A DNA stretch of 64,000 bases from Octopus vulgaris (lineage: Eukaryota): assembly GCA_951406725.2 (NCBI GenBank), contig OX597833.1, positions 40,238,001-40,302,000 on the forward strand. Reading direction: 5' to 3'. Shown in pieces: positions 49,970-62,476 of the stretch. The notes under the pieces are model-generated. The model made no database searches, had not been told where the DNA came from, and saw nothing but the letters and a program-made list of their open reading frames with translations. The translations under genes were made by a program, and so were the position numbers. Positions within the stretch are counted from its first letter, which is position 1. The number at the start of each line of letters is the position of its first letter.

Positions 49970-50871
49970 AAGTAGAGGTCCACCGGGGTTCAGTTCTCAG
50001 TCCACCACTATTTATAATAGTCTGGGCTCTGAATGCAGAAGAGATATAGACTAGAGAAGAATGAAGGTAGTATGCTCCGTTGGATGTGCAACATCAGTGT
50101 GCACATATGACAAAGTACAAATGTGTAGAGAGAAAAGATGGAATCAAATGCAGCATGTAAGAAAGAAATTTACTTTCGTTTGGATATGTGATGTCTATGA
50201 ATGAAGACAGCTGTATAAAGAAGTGCTGATCACTGAGAGTGGATGGCGCCTCTGTGAAAGAGAGAGACCCAGGAAGACATGGGATGAAGCAGTGAGGACC
50301 GAGTTCTGGATGCTAGGCCTCACAGAGGAGATGACAATAGACAGCGATGTCTGGCGATGTGAAGTTCTTAAGAAGACCTGTCCATTTCAATGAAACTGAG
50401 TTCTATAAAGCACTATGGGTTCCACCCACATGTAACAGCAATAAAACTTTTCCCACACCCTTCCCCTACAAACCAAACTACATCTCTCCTCTTCCTCACA
50501 TTTCCTCTTTTCATGCTCTGCTTATGTTTATCTCTTGCTTCCCAATCCTGTCCTCACTGCCCTGCTTACTGCTTCATTGTTATCCTGTTTCACCCACCCC
50601 CTCTATATTCCCAGGTTCTACCAGTCGCTGCATACCACACACTCGTCACAGTCATGTGAAGTCTTGACTGCCTACTCATGTACCTTGGCAATACCATACC
50701 ATTTATATTCTGACCTCATATCTTGAGGGCATGTTCGTCCACTTCGCCACCACTTATCTCTCCCTGGCTCTTCTCTACCATCCTATTTATATTTTGATCC
50801 CCATTCCTTTTGAGCATGCCCTGGTACTTCACTATCTCTTTCCTGCTTTCTTGCACTCTTACTCTCTTCCA

Positions 50872-50911
<40 letters not shown>

Positions 50912-51298
50912 TCGACTGGTTAACCATGTATCTCCTCTACAGCAACACACTCGTTACTAACCTTAATCTTGATCGCTCCTTCTCTTTTTCTTTCTCTCTC
51001 TTTCTGTCTCTCTGTCACATGCTAACCTTTCATCTGGCACACAATCACCTCCTCCAGTGCCACATCCCCTTTCAAAGGATCTTTGTCTTGCAAGTTATAT
51101 GGTAACCCTGCCAGTGCTGGTGCCACATGAAAAAGCATCAAGTCCACACTGTAAAGTGGTTGATGTGAAAAAGGGCATCCAGCCATAAAAACCATGCCAA
51201 AACAGACAGTGAAGCATGGTGCAATCTTCTACCTATCCAGTTCCTGTCAAACTGTCCAACCCATGCCAGCATGGAAAGTAGACATTACATGATGATGA
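49970..51298 (+). mobile_element. Old RTE 3' portion with internal deletion and long UTR
   Basis: Remnants of the QGSVLSP, MLRWMCN and PRKTWDE regions; ends ccaacccatgccagcatgga...gatgatgat. Confidence 0.8.
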
Positions 51299-51347
51299 TA
51301 TATTTATGTATATATATGTACATTATATGTGTAAATGAATATATATA

Positions 51348-52034
51348 TTGGATCATTCCATAAATGATGCGGGGTTTTTTTTTTATACTTCTTTTATTGA
51401 CATTTTGATAGAGAACCCATTTCTTATCACCAGTCACTATTTGGTCCAAAAAAAGGTTCATTCCTGAGACGTGATAGCAAAGAAGCGCACACATTCATTC
51501 TCTGCAAGCGCGATTAGATTCAGAAGGTTTGTGAGGAACCTGCTGACCCAATTTGCTGACTTTTTGCTGACAATTTGATGAATAGTTGAATGACCAAATC
51601 CAAGCTTCTCTGCTAGTTCCTCAACAGTTACAATGGGATTCTGTTCCACCAGGGTTTACAGGACATCCTTGTTGTGCTCTACAGATCTTCCAGGATGAGG
51701 CTCATCTTCTAGGCTGTAGTTTCCAGCTCAGAATTTCTGGAACCGCCATTAATATTGGCTTACACTTCTTGTCCAATCCCCATGTACTGCATTAATATTC
51801 CTCGCATTTTATGTTGCATTGTTGTCTTTATTGAACTCATAAAGCAGAATATGCCAAATATGCTCCTTTGTCACTTCTATTATAACTGTTAGAATCAAAC
51901 TGCATTCTTCAAAACTTGCACTAAGAATAAGTACTAGGTAAAATTTCTACCTGCTTTTATAGCAAGTTGATGCAGGTAGTTTATCCCATTTCCCTCTGAC
52001 TTTTAGATCATGCAATTGAAAAAAAACACATTAT
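51348..52034 (-). mobile_element. Internally deleted mariner transposon
   Basis: Minus strand EVTKEHIWHILLYEFNK, HTH region TVEELAEKLGFGHSTIH, IVTGDKKWVLYQN; TA plus TIR ttggatcattccataaatgatgcgg at 51348; the other TIR is truncated. Confidence 0.88.
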
Positions 52035-52036
52035 AC

Positions 52037-52287
52037 ATATATATTTCTTTACTACCCACAAGGGGCTAAACACAGAGCTGGCAGGTGAAATGCGTAGCCG
52101 TATTTCGTCTGTCGTTACATTCCGAGTTCAAATTCCGCCGAGATCGACTTTGCTTTTCATCCTTTCGGGGTCGATAAATTAAGTACCAGTTACGCACTGG
52201 GGTCGATGTAATCGACTTAATCCCTTTGTCTGTCCTTGTTTGTCCCCTCTGTGTTTAGCCCCTTGTGGGTAGTAAAAAAATATATAT
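52037..52287 (+). mobile_element. Young family K SINE with an inverted copy of its own 3' tail at the 5' end
   Basis: 52037-52077 is the reverse complement of 52247-52287 with 1 mismatch. Confidence 0.85.
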
Positions 52288-52463
52288 TACTTGTAAAACA
52301 GTAAGAGTTGGCAATAGGAGGAAAACATCCAGTTGTAGAAAATCTGTCTCTAACCCAGTGCTACTCAAAGTGGTGTCTGCGGACCGGTGCTGGTCCATGA
52401 GCCATCAGCTGCTGGTATGCAGCCAGTTTTCAGAAAAGAAACATAAAATGCTTATGTAATATC

Positions 52464-52851
52464 GGCATAGGAGTGGCTGTGGTAAATAGCTTGCTTACCA
52501 ACCACATGGTTCCGGGTTCAGTCCCACTGCGTGGCACCTTGGGCAAGTGTCTTCTACTATAGCCTCAGGCCAACCAATGCCTTGTGAGTGGATTTGGTAG
52601 ACGGAAACTGAAAGAAGCCTGTCATATATATGTATGTGTGTATACATGTTTATGCATCTGTGTTTGTCTCCCCCAACATCGCTTGACAACCGATGCTGGT
52701 TGTTTACATCTCCGTAACTTAGCAGTTCGGCAAAAGAAACCGATAGAATAAGTACTAGGCTTCCAAAGAATAAGTCCTGGGGTCGATTTGCTTGACTAAA
52801 GGCGGGGCTCTAGCATGGCCGCAGTCAAATGACTGAAACAATTAAAAGAGT
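52464..52851 (+). mobile_element. Family A SINE, following a Charlie-like hAT end (~52356-52440)
   Basis: Family match; cagtgctactcaaagtgg terminus upstream. Confidence 0.85.
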
Positions 52852-53105
52852 ATTGTATTATTTGTTTATAAAATAAAAAGATGGACAAAATACTGCAAAG
52901 TATTTTGCCCGGCATGCAAACAATTCTGTTAGTTTGCTGCCTCTACAATTCTACCTGTTCACTGCTGAACTGGTAGAATCATTAGCATGCTGGGTAAAAT
53001 GCTTAACAGCATTTCATCCGTCTTTTCGTTCTGAGTTCAACTTCTGCTGAGGTCAGCTCTACCTTTCATCCTTTCAGGGTTGGTAAAATAAGTACCAGTT
53101 GAGTT

Positions 53106-53510
53106 GTTTGTTCCTTCTTGAGCCATGCCTGGCTCATAAGGGCCAGTTTCCTTGGCGTATAGGTTCCCCAGTAGGAATTATCAATTCAGTCAACAAACTT
53201 CACTGTTGTGATTTGTTCCTTCTCGAGCCATGCCTGGCTTATAAGGGCTGGTTTCCCAGTTTCCTTGGTGTATAGGTTCCCCACCTGGACAGGACGCTGG
53301 TCTGTCGCAGGTGAGCTGCTAGATGCAGGAAGAAAGAGTGAGAGACAGTTGTGGTGAAAGAGTCAGCAGAAGTTTGCCATTACCTTCTGCTGGACCTGCA
53401 TGGAGCTTAGGTGTTTCGCTCATAAACACACACATCACCTGGTCTGAGATTCAAACCCACGATCCTTCGACCGCAAGTCCGCTGCTCTAACCACTAGGCC
53501 ATGTGCCTCC
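53106..53510 (-). mobile_element. Family D SINE with duplicated 3' end, nested in a family K SINE
   Basis: Reverse match to 665-974; aagtaccagttgagt occurs on both sides (~53090-53104 and ~53513-53527). Confidence 0.85.
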
Positions 53511-54204
53511 ACAAGTACCAGTTGAGTACTGGAGTCAATTTAGTTGATTTACCCACTCACCCAAACCTACTGGCCTTGTGCCAAAATTTGAAACCAATAT
53601 TAATGCTATTACTACTACTATTTTGTCAGCAGATTGACAGAATTGGTAGAATATCAGACAAAATACTTTACAGTGTTTTCTTTACATTCTGAGTTTCAAA
53701 TTCTGACAAGACGGGTTTTGTCTTTCATTCTTTCCGGGACAAAAATATAGATTATGAGTCATGTCCTTGACTGTTCTCTTTCCAAAATATTTGTGTCCTT
53801 GTATGAAAGGAAGGATGTCCAAAAGAATGAACAAGTGGAGATGATATTGAGAGGACTCTTTAGTTTTATCAGAGATAATCTTTTTAGTGCTCTCTTGTGC
53901 TGTACAGCGGTTAATGAGAGGAAGGATATCTAGCTGTAAGAAGGAAATTAACAAAGGCAATGTAGGGCAGAGGTTACTTATTAGTTTTGTTCTTTCTTTT
54001 TTCTTTCATTCCAGTGTTTTAAATCTGGGCTTTATCCCCATTAACGGGGTGGCCGGATCTACCTCAATGCCATAGCAACTGCCCTCACACCATCTCATCA
54101 TCTTGCCCAGTTTTGGACATTCTCCTTTTTTTTCAAACCAATCCTCCCAATTTCCTCCTCCGCCTTTTCCTCCGTCTACCTCGTTTTCACGCTTCAGTTG
54201 TGAT

Positions 54205-54527
54205 ACCTGTGCCTGTGGCACATAAAAAGCACCATCTGAACGTGGCCGATGCCAGTGCCGCCTTGACTGGCTTCCATGCTGGTGGCACATAAAAAGCACC
54301 AACTGATCATGGCCGTTGCTAGCCTCGCCTGGCACCTGTGCCAGTGGCACGTAAAAAGCATCCACTACACTCACGGACTGGTTGGTGTTAGGAAGGGCAT
54401 CCAGCTGTAGAAACACTGCCAGATCAGACTGGAGCCTGGTGCAGCCTCCTGGCTTCCCAGACCCCGGTCAAACCGTCCAACCCATGCTAGCGTGGAAAAC
54501 GGACATTAAACGATGATGATGATGATT
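54205..54527 (+). mobile_element. RTE 3' UTR fragment with three structured units
   Basis: gtgcNNgtggcacRtaaaaagcaYc x3; (GAT)n tail. Confidence 0.9.
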
Positions 54528-54620
54528 TACCTCAAACGCAATAACCCTCCTCAGAACATGCTCTTCACCCCTCCTCAATACATGCCCATACCACCTCACT
54601 CCATTCGCCATTGAAGATGT

Positions 54621-54925
54621 GAAGGTGTGTGGTTTAGTGATTAAGGTATTCAGCTCACAATTCTAAGGCTGTGAGATCGATTCTGGGCAGCGTGTTGTGT
54701 CCTTGAGCAAGACCCTTTATTTTTCATTGCTCCAGTCCACTCAGCTGGCAAAAATGACTTGTACTTGAATTTCAAATAGCCAGCCCTATCACGTTGTGTC
54801 ACACTGAATCTACTGAGAACTATATTAAGGGTCTGCATGTCTGTGGAGTGCTCGGCTACTTGCATGTCAATTTCATGAGTAGGCTGTTCCATTGATCGGA
54901 TCAACTGGAACCCTCATCGTTGTAA
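54621..54925 (+). mobile_element. Family C SINE, uninterrupted
   Basis: Single TTAA at 54825-54828, the empty site relative to the 15688 and 22038 copies. Confidence 0.85.
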
Positions 54926-54931
54926 ACAACA

Positions 54932-55229
54932 TCATCATCATCATTGTTCGACCATGGTCGAGACAATGGAATTTACCATGCTACGCCAGACTTCACAGTC
55001 CATCATGGCATTACGGAGGTCCTGTTGCTGGATGCCTGTATCCCTGGAGATTACATCAGGGTAGGAGAGTGTGCGCCCTCTGGTATTGCGAGTAGATGGC
55101 TTCCAGAGGAGAAGAGTAGAAATTGCCTCGTTTTCAGCTCTACTACAATGTCCAGCAAACTGGACTCTCTTACCTTTCACAAGAGATGACACAGGTGGTA
55201 GTTTCCCATATATTTGCATTTTGGTTGGA
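54932..55229 (-). mobile_element. 5'-truncated RTE-type LINE (second family) with an 11-bp TSD
   Basis: Open frame RVQFAGHCSR...LLLWKP...RGR..LSYPDVI...AMMD..VWR, then (GAT)n; tgtaaacaaca at 54921-54931 and 55230-55240. Confidence 0.9.
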
Positions 55230-55601
55230 TGTAAACAACAGTTTTATTTGTAGTTGTTGAAGATCATGCCCTTTGTGCAACAAAGACATTCAGTTTTCTC
55301 TTGTTGCTGTGTGAAGGCACATGACAAAGCAACATAACAAAGAGATAAGATGCTGTGGGATCTGTTAAACTGTTGCTTGAATGGAAAAATCTAACAAGAA
55401 AGGATAATGATGGAGGGTGATGGAATGAAAGAATCATCAGAGCATTTGACAAAATGCTTTACTGTATTTTTAGTTTGTATATTTTTATATCTTTTTAGTT
55501 TTAAACCCCCACTGGGATCAATTTGACTTTTTAGTTAGACTGGAAGGATGATAAGTAAAGTACCATTTAAAAACCGATGTCAGTCTAATCAACTAATACC
55601 T

Positions 55602-55836
55602 ATTTCTTTATTACCCACAAGGGGCTAAACATAGAGGGGACAAACAACGACAGACATAGGTATTAAGTCGATTACATCGACCCCAGTGCGTAACTGGTAC
55701 TTAATTTATCGACCCCGAAAGGATGAAAGGTAAAGTCGACCTCAGCGGAATTTGAACTCACAACGTAACAGCAGACAAATACGGCTACGCATTTCGCCCG
55801 GCGCGCTAACGTTTCTGCCAGCTCGCCGCCTTAATT
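55602..55836 (-). mobile_element. Young full-length family K SINE
   Basis: CpGs intact; ctaatacct duplicated at both flanks; inserted into an older K copy. Confidence 0.9.
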
Positions 55837-55884
55837 CTAATACCTTTTGCTTAAATGTGAAGCCTTGTGCTTATGTTAGGAATC

Positions 55885-56235
55885 TTTATGATTCTTTGCA
55901 TGTTATGTCTCATGGAGGTGATGACAAGTGGCCGGGGCTTTTGGCAATTTGCTGTGCTTGAGAAGACACATCAAGCTTAGTGAAATTATAGCCGTGACCA
56001 GTGCCAGTGACACAAATGAGGCACCTCTGTCAGTGACACATAAAAGGCACCCATGCCAGCGATGCATAAAGGACACCCAGTACACTCTATGGAGTGGTTA
56101 GCATTAAGAAGGGTATTGAGCCATAGATACCAAGCCAAAACATGACTGCAGCCTGGTGCAGCTCTTTGGCTTGCCAACTCCTGTCAAACTGTCTAACCCA
56201 TGCCAGCATGGAAAACAGGTACTAAATGATGATAA
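55885..56235 (+). mobile_element. Old RTE 3' fragment
   Basis: gctgtgcttgagaagac ORF end, decayed units, family terminus. Confidence 0.8.
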
Positions 56236-56953
56236 TAAGTTAGCATGACCTCGCATTGTAAGAAATTGCTGACATGATCACTAAACCATATCTTACTACA
56301 CAAGGTTCTATTGTGTTCCTTAAGTAAAATCACCTAACTTTGACGTAACAAAACATGAAAACATGCCCTACTTTTCAGTGTTGGGTGTTTAGTATTTGCT
56401 AGTAAATAAATCCAACTTTTAACAATAATTGCCTTTCTCCACTCTCAACAAAAAGAAAAACAAACAACTCATTCAAATAATGGTTTCTTTATTGTTGTTA
56501 TTTCATTGTCGTTTTATCATCTACATTTCCATGTTTGCATGAGTGAAATGGTGTTTATTGAGGTATATTTTCTATGGCTGAATGCTCATTCTGTCACCAA
56601 TCCTCACCTATGTCCAATCAAGGTAATATTTCCCTCTGGCCAGACATGTTTTTGCAGGATATTGGAAATGAATAACACTGCTTGTATGACATGACATTCA
56701 TTTACAAATATAGTGCAATGCCAAGAGAAGGAGATTCAAATATATATGCAATCACATATCATCATCATCATAATGGACAAGCTTCTTTCAGTTTCTGTCT
56801 ACCAAGTCCACTCACAAGGTGTTGGTTGACCCAGGGCTATAGTAGAAGGCACTTGTCCAAGATGCCACACAGTGGGACTGAACATGGAATCATGTAGTTT
56901 GGAAAAATAGTAATAGTAATAGGGTTATCACTAACCCTAAAATATTAGTCAAC

Positions 56954-57357
56954 AAGGTGGCAAGCTGGCAGAAAGGTTAGCACGCCAGGCAAAATGCCTA
57001 GCGGTATTTCGTCTGTCTTTACATCCTGAGTTCAAATTCCGCCGAGGTCAACTTTGCCTTTCATCCTTTCGGGGTCGATAAATTAAGTACCAGTTATGCA
57101 CTGGGGTCGTTGTAATCGACTTAATACCTATGTCTGTCCTTGTTTGTCCCCTCTATGTTTAGCCCCTTGTGGGTAATAAAGAAATAGGTATTTCGTCTGC
57201 CGCTACGTTCTGGGTTCAAATTCCGCTGCGGTCGACTTTGCCTTTCATCCTTTTGGGGTTGATAAATTAAGTACCAGTTGAGTACTGGGGTTGATGTAAT
57301 TGACTATCCCCTCCCGCCAATTTCAGGCCTTGTGCCTATAGTAGAAAGGATTATTAG
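56954..57357 (+). mobile_element. Family K SINE dimer or nested pair
   Basis: ggtatttcgtctg onward occurs twice, with different tails. Confidence 0.9.
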
Positions 57358-58560
57358 TTTCCAACTGCATTACAATGTTATGTTGGTGGAGAGAAAGAAA
57401 AAAAACTAATGCTTTGTGTGCTCTATCTCTGTGAGTTTATCATCTGTGTGATCTTTCTCTGTGTGTAACCACTTTTTTAGTTCCTTATTATGTGACACAC
57501 CTATGTTGTTCTTACTCCTTCAGTGCAACTTGTGTGTGTGTGTAAGACAAAAACCTACATCTGAATATATGTAAAACCTATCACCTAATGTGTGTATGTG
57601 GAAAAATAAATCTCCAGCTCAATTTGTGTTTGTAAGCTAAGCCTACACCTATATGTGTTTCTGTATGAGAAAACAAAGTTTCATTGGAATATGCGTAGAA
57701 AAATAAATCTATTCGTGTCTTTAGAAAAACAAACTTATTGCTACTTAAAACTATATATAAAAAAAAAACTTTCACACATACACTCACACACATATCATTG
57801 AGAGGGAGAGTGGAATTAAAGAAAGATAACTCCTATCTTAGCTGCCAAAGTATCATTGGAGCTACAATGGTAACAAATACCATGAGAGCTTGTCCTAACT
57901 ACGTAATTATATTAAAGCACTGCGAAATATCAACAGCTCAACAACCTTCTTCCTCTGCCAAACATCATCATCATTATCACTATCTTCATCAACACTTCTT
58001 CACTAGCATCACCAACATCATCAGTCAGTTCAGTGTTATTATAATTATATATTTTTTAATATGCTCGCTATATTTAAGATACAGGAGATGCTGATGTATG
58101 TCATTAAGTATGTTTGTGTATGGTTGTGTGTACCACTAAGAATACTCAACCTAAATTAAGATAAAACACAAATCCTAAACAAACCTGAAAATATTCTGTA
58201 GAACAGATCTGTCCAAAGATGAAATTGTTGTAATGGTGATAGTAAGGATCTCAATAAGTCTATATATATGTGTGTGTGTGTGGATGTGTGAATTTCAAGG
58301 AGTTTTTTGCCTTCCATTTCTCTATTGTTTAAATATCAAACATAGCCTATGGTTAAAATTTTCCTAATTATATTATCAGTGCCTAATGAACTATGAGGAT
58401 GATCCGGTTCTTGACTGAAGATTAGAGGCTTCGAATGACCCGTCCGTTTTTTGTGTAGTCTATTTGAATGTTTTGCGTTCTTGTCCCATTTTGTATTTTT
58501 ATATATATTTTTTATACACACACACATATATATATACATATATATATATATAGGCTCATA

Positions 58561-58960
58561 GGCACAAGCGTGGCTGTGTGGTAAGAAACTTGCTTCCCAA
58601 CCACATAGTTCCGGGTTCAATCCCACTGCATGGCACTTTGAGAAAGTGGCCTCTACTATAGCCTCTGGCTGATCAAAGCCTTGTGAGTGGATTTGCTAGA
58701 TGGAAACTGAAAGAAGCCTGTCATATATGTGTGTATTTGCTTGTGTCTATGTAAGTCCCCCTGCCATTGCTTGACAACCAATGTTGGTGTGTTTATGTCC
58801 TTGCTACTTAGCAGTTCGGTAAAAACGACTGATAGAATAAGTACTATGCTTACAAGGAATAAGTCCTGGGGTCAATTTCTTCAACTAAAAAAAACCCTTT
58901 AAAGCAATGCTCCAGCATAGCCACAGTCAAATGACTGAAACATGTAAAAGAATAAAAGAG
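58561..58960 (+). mobile_element. Family A SINE
   Basis: Family match. Confidence 0.9.
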
Positions 58961-59224
58961 TATATATATAATGAGTGAGTGAAACTGAAAATGGAGTTAG
59001 CAAGAATCTTTATTCAACACAAATATCATTTTGACACATCCTGTGTCTGTCCCTTACGGGTGGGATGTTGCACAGCTAGTTGTGTTGCATCCATGTTTGC
59101 AGGCTGCATCTTGTCAGGTGTCACGTTTTAGATAAGATACTTTTTTACATTACTGAGTTTTGTTAGGTATGTTGTGGTTGCCTGTAAGATATTGGCTGTA
59201 TATATAAAAACGTCACCCTTTTCA

Positions 59225-59492
59225 ATCCTAGCCAGGCTCATGGGCCCGGTTTCTGTGGCATATGTGTTCCCCCCAGCTGGATGGGATGCCAGTCCATCAC
59301 AGCATTACTCAAGAAACAGGAAGAGAGAGTGAGAGAAAGTTGTTGCGAAAGAATACAACAGAGGTCGCCACCATCCCCTACCGGAGCCTCGTGGAGCTTT
59401 TAGGTATTTTCGCTCTATAAACACACACAACGCTTTGTCTGGGAATCAAAACCGCGAGTCCCCTGCCCTAACCACTGGGCCATTGCACCTCC
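59225..59492 (-). mobile_element. Family D SINE
   Basis: Reverse head matches 29691. Confidence 0.85.
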
Positions 59493-59586
59493 ACATTGGC
59501 TGTATATATATTGTCAGTAAAATCATAAATCCAAAAAAGAAGCACACTCTTAAGTTATAGAGCAGTTGAGTATACAGGTAAAAATG

Positions 59587-59703
59587 GATACGGCGGGTCT
59601 GTGGGATTACCCTGGGTTTCATGTCCATAAAGTGCTTAACTTTGCAGCATTTAAGTGCTTTATGGACGTGAAACCCTGGCTAATCCCATAGACCAGCCAT
59701 ATC
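59587..59703. repeat. ~53-bp-arm imperfect hairpin
   Basis: gatacggcgggtctgtgggattaccctgggtttcatgtccataaagtgcttaa pairs with ttaagtgctttatggacgtgaaaccctggctaatcccatagaccagccatatc. Confidence 0.85.
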
Positions 59704-59915
59704 TATCTATCTATGTATATTAAAAATTCTATAATTATAAGCGTAATTATAATTAGGGTTCAGCAAAAATTGCTTCAACCTTAATTATAATTATTCTTAT
59801 AATTATAGAATTTTTGTATAAGGTTACCGATAATGGTTCTTTTAACATACCGAACTACTTGGTAAAATTATCAATTATTAATTGATTAATTAATTTGACC
59901 CTTTATTACTATCTA

Positions 59916-59957
<42 letters not shown>

Positions 59958-60058
59958 TATAACGGGAAGGTTTACGAAAATAAACAAAAGAAGAAGGCAG
60001 GTGGAGTACAAACAAACAAATGTATTAGTATGGCGCTCAGGAATAGAAATAGAACAAG

Positions 60059-60096
60059 TCTTTTACGTTTCGAGCCTACGCTCTTCGACAGAAAGA
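60059..60096 (-). ncRNA. Minimal hammerhead-like motif, non-canonical core
   Basis: UCUUU-CUGUCGA-A-GAGC(GUAG)GCUC-GAAA-CGU-A-AAAGA; stems I and II are perfect. Confidence 0.5.
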
Positions 60097-60762
60097 TACA
60101 CAGAAAAAAAAACAAGGAGAGAAAAAAATGCATGTAGGAGCTAACGATCTATCAATATACATGCACACACACACACATACATACATGCATACATATATAT
60201 AGGTACCACATAAAAAACACCTGTGCTGGTGCCACATCAGATTGCCTGTGCCAGTGCCACGGTGATAAGCACCCAGCACACTCTGTAAAGTGGTTGGAAT
60301 TAGGAAGTATACCCACCCATAGAAACCATGCCAAAACAGGCAAAAAGACTCTGGGCAACTTCATGGCTGCTCAGCTCCTGTAAAACTGTCCAACCCATGC
60401 CAGCGTGGAAAGCAGATATTAGATGATGATGATGATGATGACAATGATATAATGTGTGTATGTATCATCATCATTTTTGTTTTAGATTCCACTTTTCCAT
60501 GCTTGTATGGGTCAGATGGAATTTGTCGAGGCAGATTCTCAATGACTGACTGAATTCCCTTCTTGTCACACAGCTGATACATTTTCGTGGAAGATTGGGA
60601 ATGAACAAAACTGCTTCTTTGATGGTGACACTCATTTTCAATTAAGCCATGATATCAAGAGAAGAGAATTCAGGCAAACACACACCTGTTATCTTTCTTT
60701 AATTCCATTCCACTCTCCCACTCCATGGTGTGTGTTTGTGTGTGCATGTGTGCGTGCATATA

Positions 60763-60837
60763 CAAGGTGTCCATAAATTTACCTTTAAAATTTAACGACA
60801 AATTGTGGAAGTTGTAAAGATAATTTATGAACACCCT

Positions 60838-60838
<1 letters not shown>
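60763..60838. mobile_element. Tiny Tc1/mariner MITE (76 bp)
   Basis: TA flanks; TIRs caaggtgtccataaatt / aatttatgaacaccctg. Confidence 0.8.
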
Positions 60839-60872
<34 letters not shown>

Positions 60873-61399
60873 AAGAGCATCTGTCAGGTTTCATTTAACA
60901 AATCCTCTCAAAATCTTTGTTCTGCCTAAAGCTATAGTAGAAGATGCCCAAGGTATCATGCAGTGAAATTCAACCCAGGCTTGCATAGTTGAGAAGTAAG
61001 TTGCATAACCACACAGCCACATAAAGTGATAAGGCATGCTTACAAGTACTGTCATGAGGTATATTTTGTTTGTTTTGGTTTGTTCAGTTATGCAGTTATT
61101 ATCAATGTTTTTGTTGCATACATACACTTGTATACATGTCTGGATTAGTGTTTTAACATATGTAGTGCTAGTACTAGTTTTAGCTTTTTATCGTTAGTGA
61201 CAAAAATAGCATTCAGTATTAAGTAACGGTGGACATATATATATATATATGTATATATGAGCAAAACGCCCCCCATCCAATGAATGGTGCTGAGTTGTCA
61301 AAAATTTAAACCAAATTTTCTCAAAACAACTTGTCTGACCGTCCCATAGGCCTCCTCTTTGAGAAACACTGATTTAACCTAAATTTGAGTCACCAGCAA

Positions 61400-61711
61400 A
61401 AGAAGAAATAAAGATAGAATTTTTTCTGTTCCAAAGGAAAACGATTTTACTCACATGAATATGCAACTGAAGAGTTTAAAGTACCAGTAAGTACATCGCA
61501 ACAGCTGATGTACTTGCGCGTACAAATGCACATTCCCGCGGCTTTATCGATCGCATTCTCACCTGGAATCGATTTTTGTAATTTTTTCAAGACTTAATCA
61601 CGCCCTGATACCGTCAGTGTCTACATATCAAATTTGAGCGCAATCAGATGGAGGATGCCCGAGATCCTAGAAGACGCACACAGACAGACAGAACAGATTT
61701 TATATAATAGA
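61400..61711 (-). mobile_element. Non-autonomous Helitron-like element, 5' end
   Basis: Minus strand starts A|TCTATTATATAAAA followed by (CTGT)n, a typical Helitron 5' layout; 3' end not located. Confidence 0.55.
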
Positions 61712-62320
61712 TATAGCCATTTTGTTTATATGTATGTGTGTCTATACTCACGTAGACGCACATATTCAGGGCAAGTCATATAATATAGGTGGGTGTATCT
61801 ATATAACATAACTAACATGGATTTATGGATTCTTTAATATATACTTAAGATAAATTTTAAAATGTAAAATAGCTGTGACTAAATTATCTATAAACAAACT
61901 TTATTATGCTGTTTTCTTTCGTGTTCAGTTGAGGTCAGTTCCAATTACATTGCAAAATACATAAATACATACATAAATGCACGCATGTGTACGGATGTAT
62001 ATAGAGGTTTCCTGTTGATATAAATATTATGAAGGAGCCTATATATATATAATTGGCCAGCATGCTAGAAATAACAGTTAAATTTTCTTTGGATCGCATG
62101 TACCATCTTTAAAGAAAAAAGCACACATTGGATGATGTAGTTCTGGATAGAGTGTGTCTTAAAGATCGGAAAGCTACAAGTAAAATGACTTTATTTATTG
62201 TGTATATATATATATATACAAACACACACACACATGTATACATGTGTAAATATATTAGCATATATCTATGAATAAACATGCATATATATATATGCATATA
62301 TATATATGCATATATATATA

Positions 62321-62362
<42 letters not shown>

Positions 62363-62476
62363 TACATACAAACATACATACATGTGTATACATATATGTA
62401 TACACGTATGTTTGTATATATGTGTGTATGTGTGTGTGTGTATATATATGTTTGTGTGTGTGTGTGTGTGTATATA

